Source of the DNA: Candidatus Iainarchaeum sp.
Lineage (GTDB): Archaea > Iainarchaeota > Iainarchaeia > Iainarchaeales > JAZDFD01
Assembly (NCBI GenBank): GCA_043808155.1
Contig: JAZDFD010000021.1
Coordinates: forward strand, 1-18,694
Direction of reading: 5' to 3'
Length of the DNA: 18,694 nucleotides
In this document: positions 1 through 7,988 of the stretch, piece by piece
How positions within the stretch are numbered: position 1 is the first letter of the stretch
Layout: the number at the start of each line of letters is the position of its first letter
The notes under the pieces: generated by a model
Databases searched by the model: none
The model's input: only the letters and a program-made list of their open reading frames with translations
What the model was told of the DNA's origin: nothing
Program-made: the position numbers and the translations under genes

Positions 1-3000
1 GCCCATTCATGACCAGTACCCTGCAAAACATAATTTCCATTTTCCTGAATAACAGACCACGCAGAATCCAGCTTCCATCCGTCTGCATTTCCTTTCTCAA
101 AATCATATTCAAAAGGAGCAGTTTCACTGCCTGTAATTTTCAATGACCTTATATCTAAAGTTTCAAGCCCATTATTCATCTCCTGCCAGCTTGCTCCATC
201 ATCATCTGTAACAAACACTCCTTGCTGACTTCCAACATAAACTGTTTTTGAATTTTTGGGGTCAATAGCAACAGCAGTTATATCTTTCCTAAGCAATTCA
301 TTCATATTTCCATTTGCAAACATACAAACATTCATATACTCATGAGACCTATACAGTCCCTTTCCATATGCACCCATCCAGACATCTGCTGGATTATTCG
401 GGTCTATCGCAAAACTATAGTATCCCTGCACACTTGGGTCCTCAACAATAATACTCGGTTGAGAAGTGTTTCTCTCATACCAGCTTTGCCCTGCATCATC
501 ACTTCTAAACATTCCTCCAGGATAAGCAGTTGCATAAATTCTGTCAGAATTTGTTGGGTCAATTTCAACCTGAATTCTGGAAACATATACTTTTGGTTTA
601 TTGCTTCTGCTTTCGTCCCAGGTGATTGAATAATCATCATTAATAATTCCTGAATAAACTCCGCTGCCGCCTGCAGTTACATAAATATAACCCTCTTTAG
701 CAATAACTGAAGCTATGCCCAAACTTGGCAAACCTGTATTCTCCTGTTTCCAGCTTTTTCCGGCATCACTGCTGACAAAAAGACCCTGCGAGCTTGAGGC
801 TACATATAAAACATTTGGGTTCTGCGGGTCAACTTCAACCGCCATAGTTGCATGCTCAGTTTCAAGCATGCGCGTCCAGCTTTCTCCACCATCAGTTGAT
901 TTATAAGCTCCGCATGCATCCTGTTCTATATTTTTGGGTAATCCAGTGGGAGCAATTATATACTCCGGCAGTAATTCACACAACCCTACGGCATACAAAG
1001 TGTTGCTGTTGGAATAATCCACATCAATATCATAATACCCCAATCTCGGAAGCCCATCTTCTTTATCATCAAGTCTTTGCCAAGTATCCCCACCATTAAC
1101 ACTTTTGAAAACTCCGTAACCATGTTTAGAAACATAAATTGTATTTGAATTATTAGGATCTACTTCTATTTCAACTGCAGATTCAGCTATGCCTTCACTC
1201 ATACCCGGCAGAGTTTCACTTAAATTTTTTACCATTTCGCCATCTGTAAGCTTTACTACCAAACCCGTTGCCACACAAAAGGGAATCCCAAAAGTAGCTG
1301 CATAAATTGTATTTGAATTGTTTGGGTCAATTGCTACTGCACTTGTCAGAACATTAGTTCTGTCAAACTCATAATACTCACGCCAAGTAATCCCGCTGTC
1401 TTCTGATTTGTGTATAACTGGTTTAACTCTGTCACATGCGTAAATAATGTTTGGTTCTTTTTCAGAAATTGCCAAACAGGTTGGAGACTCTGGTGCATTC
1501 TCTAACTTCACCCAATTACTTCCGGCATCAGTACTTTTGTAAGTTCCCCCGCCCCATGTGCCTGCATAAATTATGTTTTTATTTGTTGGGTCAATCTGAA
1601 GCTGTGAATGGCGCATAATAGTTGTAAATGTCAGTGCATCATTTAATTTATCCCAAGTTTTTCCCTTATCATTACTCACATAAATAGTGCCGTCCTCCCC
1701 GACAACTCCTGCATATATTCTATTTGGGTTTTGTGGGTCAAACCTAATTGATGTTATCCCTGCAGTTTTTTCAAACCTGAACAGCTCAGTCCAGCCTGCA
1801 TTTTCTTTTTGTTTTTTGTCATATCTCCAAATTGATGAATAGTCTTCAAATATCTTTGGGGAATATGTCGCATAAATAATGTCATTGTCTTCAGGGTCAA
1901 ACTCAAGGTCATATGTGTAATCCGGTGAGTTAGTGAGATATTGCCAACCTTCCTTTCCTGAACCTTCATTTTTTGAAATGCCAACACCAATATTAGAAAC
2001 ATAAATATTGCCAGAATCTTTTGCTATCTCAAAATCAAAAATTTTTGCAGAGGAAAAATCCTTATTAATGCGAGTAAATGTTCTTCCTCCATCGTATGAT
2101 TCATAAATATTTGTTAACTCATCAGCTAATAGAATATGTTCTGTATTATGCGGGTCAATCTTTACATCATCTCCGGCATTGACTGGTGTGAATGGTTCCC
2201 ATGTATTTCCAAAATCCCTTGTTGCATATGATTCCTGAATTACATTTCCTGAAGTAAACACAACTTTCGGGTCTGTGGGATGAGTCATAACAATAGTCGG
2301 GCATGATTCTGTAATGTCTCTGTCCATTTTTTTCCATGTTTTCATTCCGTCAACTGACTTAATAATTCCCATTGCCCATATGGAACCAGTCTTACCATAA
2401 ACTATGTTTGGGTCATCCAAATCAAACAAAATTCTATCCAGCCCAAAACTCATTTCTGCAAATTCCTCAATATGGGGTGCGTTAATGTGTTCATAGTTTG
2501 AGCCCTCTAACTTAAGTATTGGAGCTCCGCCATACGGATTCAAAATATAATAAGCTGAACCAACAATAGCAATATCTTCAACGCCATTAGATGCTGCAGA
2601 TTTCATTTCACCGGATTTAATGGATTCTAAAGCCGGGTGCGTAAACTTACTCCATGTTTTTCCTCCATCAAAGGATTCTCTTACAAGCTCAGATATTGGC
2701 GAACTGCCTTCATGCGCCATGTTGTGTTTGAATGATATTATTATGTGTTTTGAATTATTAGGATTCTGAACAATTCTCGCAATGATGACACCATCAGGCA
2801 AATCAAATTCCTTCATAACCCATGTTTCACCAAGGTCTTCTGAAATGTACAAATAATCCTTTGCTGATTTTCCATTACCACTATCAATAAAAACACTTAG
2901 AAGAATTGTGTTTCCAAAAACTGCAGCACCTTTAACCCCTATAGCTCCGACATTTATCGAAAACAAATCCCTCAACTTAGAAAGAGATATTTCCTTCCAG

Positions 3001-3662
3001 TCAAAATTCCCTGAAGCCAGCTCAGTATATATTATTTTAAGCTCTCCTTGCTTCCCACCACCGGAAATCACAAAAAGTTTATCGTCAGTAACTGTAAGTT
3101 CATCGCATCTAGTATCTAAAATTTTTACAGGAGTTTCTTCACTATCATAATAATAAACCCCGTTCCCGCAGGTGAATAATTTATCTTCAAACACTGCAAT
3201 AGAATTTTCCTCAGATTCACTTATTTTTCGCCAGCTTTCACCTTTGTCTTCAGATTTATAGATACTACGGTTAGTTGCCGCATACAGCTCATTGTGACGG
3301 TAAGGATTTTGTATTAGTTGTTTTATATTCCCAGCCCCAGGCGGACCGTTCATAGATTCCCACACTATGCTTGAATCAGTTTCCTGCGGAACAAATTTCT
3401 CTTTCTCTTTTTGTGGTCCATCAGCAAACGGGCATATTTCAGGATTTTCTTTACACCATGTTTTACATTCTTCTATATTTTGTTCGCAATATTCTTGATG
3501 TTCTTCTGGTGTCTTAAGCCCACCAGGTCCCATAACTTTTTCTTGAACATCTTCCACCCCATCTACAGGCGGAACTCCATTCTGAACACAACCACTAATA
3601 AAAACAACTGCAACAATTCCCAGTAATAAAATTCCAAAAACTAATTTTTTATTTTCCATCAT
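1..3662 (-). CDS. Large secreted lipoprotein with BNR/Asp-box repeats (VPS10/Ycf48/GH74-like multi-beta-propeller), >1220 aa, 3'-truncated by window edge
   Basis: Hand translation from ATG at 3662 gives MMENKKLVFGILLLGIVAVVFISGCVQNG..., and I found no stop down to base 1, which explains its absence from the ORF track. It has about 14 Asp-boxes S/T-x-D-x-G-x-T/S-W (SEDKGESW, SEDLGETW, SFDGGKTW, SVDGMKTW, TRDFGNTW, SYDGGRTF, SNDKGKTW, STDAGSNW, SEDSGITW, SVNGGDTW, STDGGESW, SSDAGKSW, SDDAGQSW, TDDDGASW) alternating with IDPxNxxxxYA blade motifs. Confidence 0.92.
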   Translation of the reverse strand, partial: MMENKKLVFGILLLGIVAVVFISGCVQNGVPPVDGVEDVQEKVMGPGGLKTPEEHQEYCEQNIEECKTWCKENPEICPFADGPQKEKEKFVPQETDSSIVWESMNGPPGAGNIKQLIQNPYRHNELYAATNRSIYKSEDKGESWRKISESEENSIAVFEDKLFTCGNGVYYYDSEETPVKILDTRCDELTVTDDKLFVISGGGKQGELKIIYTELASGNFDWKEISLSKLRDLFSINVGAIGVKGAAVFGNTILLSVFIDSGNGKSAKDYLYISEDLGETWVMKEFDLPDGVIIARIVQNPNNSKHIIISFKHNMAHEGSSPISELVRESFDGGKTWSKFTHPALESIKSGEMKSAASNGVEDIAIVGSAYYILNPYGGAPILKLEGSNYEHINAPHIEEFAEMSFGLDRILFDLDDPNIVYGKTGSIWAMGIIKSVDGMKTWKKMDRDITESCPTIVMTHPTDPKVVFTSGNVIQESYATRDFGNTWEPFTPVNAGDDVKIDPHNTEHILLADELTNIYESYDGGRTFTRINKDFSSAKIFDFEIAKDSGNIYVSNIGVGISKNEGSGKEGWQYLTNSPDYTYDLEFDPEDNDIIYATYSPKIFEDYSSIWRYDKKQKENAGWTELFRFEKTAGITSIRFDPQNPNRIYAGVVGEDGTIYVSNDKGKTWDKLNDALTFTTIMRHSQLQIDPTNKNIIYAGTWGGGTYKSTDAGSNWVKLENAPESPTCLAISEKEPNIIYACDRVKPVIHKSEDSGITWREYYEFDRTNVLTSAVAIDPNNSNTIYAATFGIPFCVATGLVVKLTDGEMVKNLSETLPGMSEGIAESAVEIEVDPNNSNTIYVSKHGYGVFKSVNGGDTWQRLDDKEDGLPRLGYYDIDVDYSNSNTLYAVGLCELLPEYIIAPTGLPKNIEQDACGAYKSTDGGESWTRMLETEHATMAVEVDPQNPNVLYVASSSQGLFVSSDAGKSWKQENTGLPSLGIASVIAKEGYIYVTAGGSGVYSGIINDDYSITWDESRSNKPKVYVSRIQVEIDPTNSDRIYATAYPGGMFRSDDAGQSWYERNTSQPSIIVEDPSVQGYYSFAIDPNNPADVWMGAYGKGLYRSHEYMNVCMFANGNMNELLRKDITAVAIDPKNSKTVYVGSQQGVFVTDDDGASWQEMNNGLETLDIRSLKITGSETAPFEYDFEKGNADGWKLDSAWSVIQENGNYVLQGTGHEW

Positions 3663-3690
3663 AATTCATCACATTTTGGGTTCTTAGCTT
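3585..3690 (-). repeat. Conserved junction cassette copy (gene end + 21 bp spacer + signal peptide/lipobox) ahead of the BNR gene
   Basis: Coding strand ...AAGCTAAG-AACCC-AAAATGTGATGAATTATGATGGAAAATAAAAAATTAGTTTTTGGAATTTTATTACTGG..., near-identical to the copies at about 5701-5812 and 7871-7988. Confidence 0.9.
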
Positions 3691-5783
3691 ATAACAGTAT
3701 GTTCAGTAGTCATATCACCTTTAATAATCACTAAATCATCTTCCCTGTAAATCTCTAGTGTTTGACCTGGGGAAATAAAAATACCCCCTGGCGCATCTTC
3801 ACAGTTATATGGAGGTCCTGTAACAATTGTCGGATCCGGCCGCGGGTTTCTATACACTTCAGGATCTGCATAAACTTTGCCTTCTTTATCAATGAGTTTA
3901 AAATTATCAAAGCCCCCCCTCCATTCATTCCATTTTTTTTGCTCCGATATATTTAACTCTGGAAAAATTATTTCTGTTTGGCCTACTTTAAACACCATCA
4001 TAATATCTTGAATTATAATCATGCTGTCTATGTTCAACGTTATATCAAATGCTGTGTTTTCCATATCGAAACTACCACCAGTGACAATTGAATATTCAGC
4101 CCCCCCTTCAACCTCTTCGGGGAAGTGGAAGGTTGTAGAATTTTTTTCTTTGCTTACCACACTAACGATTTCCATTATAAAATTCTTTATGAGTTTTACA
4201 GGAACGCCTGACAAGTTTTGATACGCTGTTTCAAGAGTATCCACATCTTTCGGGTCAAATAAACTAATAGTAACTGCATCACTCAGGGGACCGCAGTCAG
4301 CCCAATAATGAGCTAAGAAGAAGTATATCTCTCCCTGGAAATGCTGTTTAATCTCTAGTATAACTGTGTCAATCTTTTCAAGCGGAAACTCTTCTGAACC
4401 ACTCCCCTTGTACCAGATTAAGCCTTTTGCTGTAACGTCATAAACTGAAATTACTTTTGCTTTTTCAAGTTCGCTAAGAAAAGCTTCTTCCTTTTTTAAC
4501 TTATCCCAGTCCCATAAATTCAATACTTTGATATCTTCTGATTCATAGCCCCCCTCTTCTGCTATAATTTCACTAATGCATATATCCATGATATCCTGCG
4601 CATAGACATATTGATTAGCAATGTCACTCTCTTTTTCGTATTGGGTAAAAATCTCTTCTGCTTGTTTAGTAGCACTAGTTTCACCAACCACTTCTTTTGT
4701 ATGCTCTATAATCAAGTCTACTATGCCTCTGTTGTAAGTTAGAGAAACATCCATCAATCTGTTATTAAGTGGGTCATAAACGAATGCAGAATGTAACCAA
4801 TTTTGTTTTTCCAGATTTTCTTCCATGTATCCGGTTGAATCCACTGAGATCCATTCCCTGTTTACATAAGCTTCTATCCAATCATGTCCCGGACCATCTT
4901 CTGCAAAACCGCCGCTCACCTCTCTTGCAGGGATTCCCGATGCCCTGCAAAGAACAGTAATTAGGGTTGCCCAATAGTCACAAGGTGTTGGAACTTTTTT
5001 GTTTTCTAATATTGCTTTTGGTGTGTCCTGTCCTATTATATAGGCAGCAGTCCAATCGACATCAATATTTTCCCTGGTCCATGAAACAATTTTCTCAATC
5101 GATTCCGTATCTCCTGAACTTCCCTTTGTTATGCTATTAGCCAGAGGGATAATTTCTTCTACAAAGTAATCCAGATGCATATCCCTATCCGGATAGTTGT
5201 TGAATGAAATTATTTCTCCTTCAGTTTTATCAGTCACTAGATAAGCTAAAACTTCTTCATCAGCCTGGTGCAGATTAGTTTTCAATTTGAAAATCTCAAA
5301 AAGTGATTTAATATATTTAATTTCCGAATCAGTAAACCCCTCATCAGCGTACAAATTTACTAAAACCTGCCCCAATTTTGGATATTCTTTTATCTCAGGA
5401 ATTTTTTCCTCTAATTCATCTTTGGGGTTTGGACAATCCTGCGGGCAGGTTGAATATGTTTCTCCAGGTTCGCTAATAGCTGATTTTTCTATAATACGTG
5501 ATTCAATTTTAATTGATTCTCCAATAGGGTGTGAAATTGTGTGGGTTAGATATGTTTCGGTTTCGCATATTTCATTCCCGCAACAGGGAATTGTTTCAAA
5601 ATAAGAACACTTATTATCAACACATTCCTTGGTAAAACAAGCATTATCCTGACAATCTTCTTTAACTTCGCATTCTTTTTCTTCCGAAGGCGGAGCCTCT
5701 TCCTGAACACAACCGCTAACAAAAACAACTGCAGCAATTATCAGTAATAAAATTCCCAAAACTAATTTTTTATTTTTTATCAT
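3684..5783 (-). CDS. Transglutaminase-like domain lipoprotein, paralogue A (699 aa, intact Cys-His-Asp triad)
   Basis: Signal peptide plus lipobox VSGC, then a Cys-rich N-terminus. Motifs PCDYWATLITVLCRASGIPAREVSG, GHDWIEAY and WISVDST match the transglutaminase-like core (Pfam Transglut_core pattern). Confidence 0.9.
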   Translation of the reverse strand: MIKNKKLVLGILLLIIAAVVFVSGCVQEEAPPSEEKECEVKEDCQDNACFTKECVDNKCSYFETIPCCGNEICETETYLTHTISHPIGESIKIESRIIEKSAISEPGETYSTCPQDCPNPKDELEEKIPEIKEYPKLGQVLVNLYADEGFTDSEIKYIKSLFEIFKLKTNLHQADEEVLAYLVTDKTEGEIISFNNYPDRDMHLDYFVEEIIPLANSITKGSSGDTESIEKIVSWTRENIDVDWTAAYIIGQDTPKAILENKKVPTPCDYWATLITVLCRASGIPAREVSGGFAEDGPGHDWIEAYVNREWISVDSTGYMEENLEKQNWLHSAFVYDPLNNRLMDVSLTYNRGIVDLIIEHTKEVVGETSATKQAEEIFTQYEKESDIANQYVYAQDIMDICISEIIAEEGGYESEDIKVLNLWDWDKLKKEEAFLSELEKAKVISVYDVTAKGLIWYKGSGSEEFPLEKIDTVILEIKQHFQGEIYFFLAHYWADCGPLSDAVTISLFDPKDVDTLETAYQNLSGVPVKLIKNFIMEIVSVVSKEKNSTTFHFPEEVEGGAEYSIVTGGSFDMENTAFDITLNIDSMIIIQDIMMVFKVGQTEIIFPELNISEQKKWNEWRGGFDNFKLIDKEGKVYADPEVYRNPRPDPTIVTGPPYNCEDAPGGIFISPGQTLEIYREDDLVIIKGDMTTEHTVIS

Positions 5784-5812
5784 AATTCATCACATTTTGG
5801 GGGCCTTAGCTT
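5701..5812 (-). repeat. Conserved junction cassette copy (22 bp spacer) ahead of paralogue A
   Basis: Same cassette. The second ATG has changed to ATA here, which supports the first ATG as the true start in all copies. Confidence 0.9.
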
Positions 5813-7953
5813 ACAACTATTTGTTCAGTAGTTATATCTCCTTTAATAATCACTAAATCATCTTCACTGTAGATTTCTACTGTTTGACCTGGGCTGATAA
5901 AAACACTTGATGGCGCACAGTCATATGGAACTCCTTGAGTATCATTTGGATTAAATTGCGGGTTTCTATATATTTCCGGATCTACATAAACTTTGCCTTC
6001 TTTATTAATGAGTTTAAGATTATCAAAGCCGCCCCATTTGCTATAGGCAGTCTTTACATCCTCGGCCAAATCCGGAAGATTTAGCATTATTATTGTTTGG
6101 TCTGCCCTAAATACCATCACAATATCCTGAATTGTAACAATGCTTTGTATGTGAAAAAATATATTCCATGCTGTGTTTTCCATATCCCACGCACTACTAG
6201 TGGTAATTGAATATTCTGTTCCCTCTCGAATATATTCAGGCAGGTGGAAGTTTGTGGAATCTTTTTCTTTGCTTACCACACTATCGATTTCAATTACAAA
6301 ATCCTTTAAGAGTTCAGTCGTTCCCGTAAGCAAGTCTTGGTATGCAGTTTCAAGAGTATCCACATCTTCCGGGTCAAATAAATTAATAACAATTACATCA
6401 CTCAGGGGGTCGCAGTCAGCTTTATAATGAGCAAAGAAAAAGTAGATTTCTCCTTGGAAAAGTTCTTTAATATCCGGTATAACCGTGTTGATCTTTTCAA
6501 GCGGAAACTCGTTTGTACCAATAGTCCTGTACTGGATGAAGCCTTTTGCTGTAACGTCATAAACTGAAATTACTTTTGCTTTTTCAAGTTCGCTAAGAAA
6601 AGCTTCATCTGTTTTTAACTTATCCCAATCCCACAAATCTAATACTTTAATGTCTTTTGATTCATACCCGTCCTGTTTTGCTATAATTTCACTAATGGAT
6701 ATCTCCATGATATCCTGTGCATAGGCATATCTTTTAGCAAGGTCTGTCTCTTTTTCGTATTCGGTGAAAATCGCTTCTGCTTGTTTGATAGCACTGGTTT
6801 CACCAACCGCGTCTTTCGTATGCTCTATAACCAAATTTAACACTTCCCTGTTGTAAGACAGAGAAACATCCATCACTCTATCATTAAGCTGGTCATAAGT
6901 GTATACGGAATGCAAGCAATTTTTTTCTTCAGGATTGCTTTCTAAGTATCCGGTTGAATACACCATGACCCATTCCCCGTTTGCATAAGCTTCTACCCAT
7001 TCATGTCCTGGACCACTCTCAGCAAAACCACCAGCTACCACTCTTGCAGGGATTCCCGATGCCCTGCTGAAAGCTGTAATTAAAGTAGAATAAGAACTAC
7101 AAGCGCTTGAAGCTTCTTTGTATTCTAATATTCCTTTTGGCAGATCACTGCCAAAAGCAGTCCAATTGAACTTAATATTTTCCCTAGTCCATGAAACAAT
7201 TTTCTCAATTGATTCCGTCTCCCCGGAACTTCCTTTTGTTATATCATTAGCCAGAGGAATAATTTCTTCTACAAAGTACTCCATATCCATAGTATGACCC
7301 CGGCTTAACTCTACATTGGGTCGACTGATTATATCTGTCACTAAATAAACTAAAATTTCTTCATCAGCCTGGTGCAGATTGGTTTTCGATTCGAAGATAT
7401 CAAAAAGTGATTTAATATATTTAATTTCCGAATCAGTAAATCCATCGGAAGAATATAAATCCAAAACAACCTGTTCAAGTTTGGGATATTCTTTTATCTC
7501 AGGAATTTTTTCCTCTAACATCTCTTTAGGTGTTGAACAATCCTGCGGACAGGTTAAATATGTTTCTTCAGGTTCGCATATTTCATTCCCGCAACATGGA
7601 GTTATTTCCTCACTCGCACATGCTTGCTGTTCATAATCAAATGAATCTTCCGTGCATTCGTCATCATCATCACAATCAGGACATTCTGCACATTTTGGAT
7701 AACTTTCACCAATCTCACATATCTCATTTCCACAGCTGAGACTTTCTCCGTAGCAGGGATCTTTTTCCAAATAAGAACACTTATTATCAACACACGCCTT
7801 AGCAAAACAAGTTTTATCCGGACAATCTTCTTTAACTTCGCATGTTTTTTCTTCCACAGGCGGAGCTTTCTCCTGAACACACCCGCTAATAAAAACAACT
7901 GAAACAATTGCCAGTAATAAAATTCCAAAAACTAATTTTTTATTTTCCATCAT
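5806..7953 (-). CDS. Transglutaminase-like domain lipoprotein, paralogue B (715 aa, catalytic Asp replaced by Tyr)
   Basis: Lipobox ISGC; motifs ACSSYSTLITAFSRASGIPARVVAG, GHEWVEAY and WVMVYST. Collinear with paralogues A and C. Confidence 0.9.
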   Translation of the reverse strand: MMENKKLVFGILLLAIVSVVFISGCVQEKAPPVEEKTCEVKEDCPDKTCFAKACVDNKCSYLEKDPCYGESLSCGNEICEIGESYPKCAECPDCDDDDECTEDSFDYEQQACASEEITPCCGNEICEPEETYLTCPQDCSTPKEMLEEKIPEIKEYPKLEQVVLDLYSSDGFTDSEIKYIKSLFDIFESKTNLHQADEEILVYLVTDIISRPNVELSRGHTMDMEYFVEEIIPLANDITKGSSGETESIEKIVSWTRENIKFNWTAFGSDLPKGILEYKEASSACSSYSTLITAFSRASGIPARVVAGGFAESGPGHEWVEAYANGEWVMVYSTGYLESNPEEKNCLHSVYTYDQLNDRVMDVSLSYNREVLNLVIEHTKDAVGETSAIKQAEAIFTEYEKETDLAKRYAYAQDIMEISISEIIAKQDGYESKDIKVLDLWDWDKLKTDEAFLSELEKAKVISVYDVTAKGFIQYRTIGTNEFPLEKINTVIPDIKELFQGEIYFFFAHYKADCDPLSDVIVINLFDPEDVDTLETAYQDLLTGTTELLKDFVIEIDSVVSKEKDSTNFHLPEYIREGTEYSITTSSAWDMENTAWNIFFHIQSIVTIQDIVMVFRADQTIIMLNLPDLAEDVKTAYSKWGGFDNLKLINKEGKVYVDPEIYRNPQFNPNDTQGVPYDCAPSSVFISPGQTVEIYSEDDLVIIKGDITTEQIVVS

Positions 7954-7988
7954 AATTCATCACATTTTTTTTGGGGGGGTCTTAGCTT
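7871..7988 (-). repeat. Conserved junction cassette copy (28 bp spacer) ahead of paralogue B
   Basis: Same cassette with expanded homopolymers (plus strand T8 at 7965-7972, G7 at 7973-7979). Confidence 0.9.

Noticed and set aside
342-3626. Short ORFs in the track (342-629, 404-640, 715-906, 848-1099, 1754-2002, 2908-3150, 3411-3626)
   Set aside because: All lie antisense or out of frame within the long BNR-repeat gene and have no recognisable motifs.
3664-3676. GTGATGA before each start as a C-box/K-turn, or ATGTGA as a start-stop uORF
   Set aside because: No matching CTGA D-box nearby. GTGAT is more simply a Shine-Dalgarno match to the 16S 3' end, and its recurrence follows from duplication.
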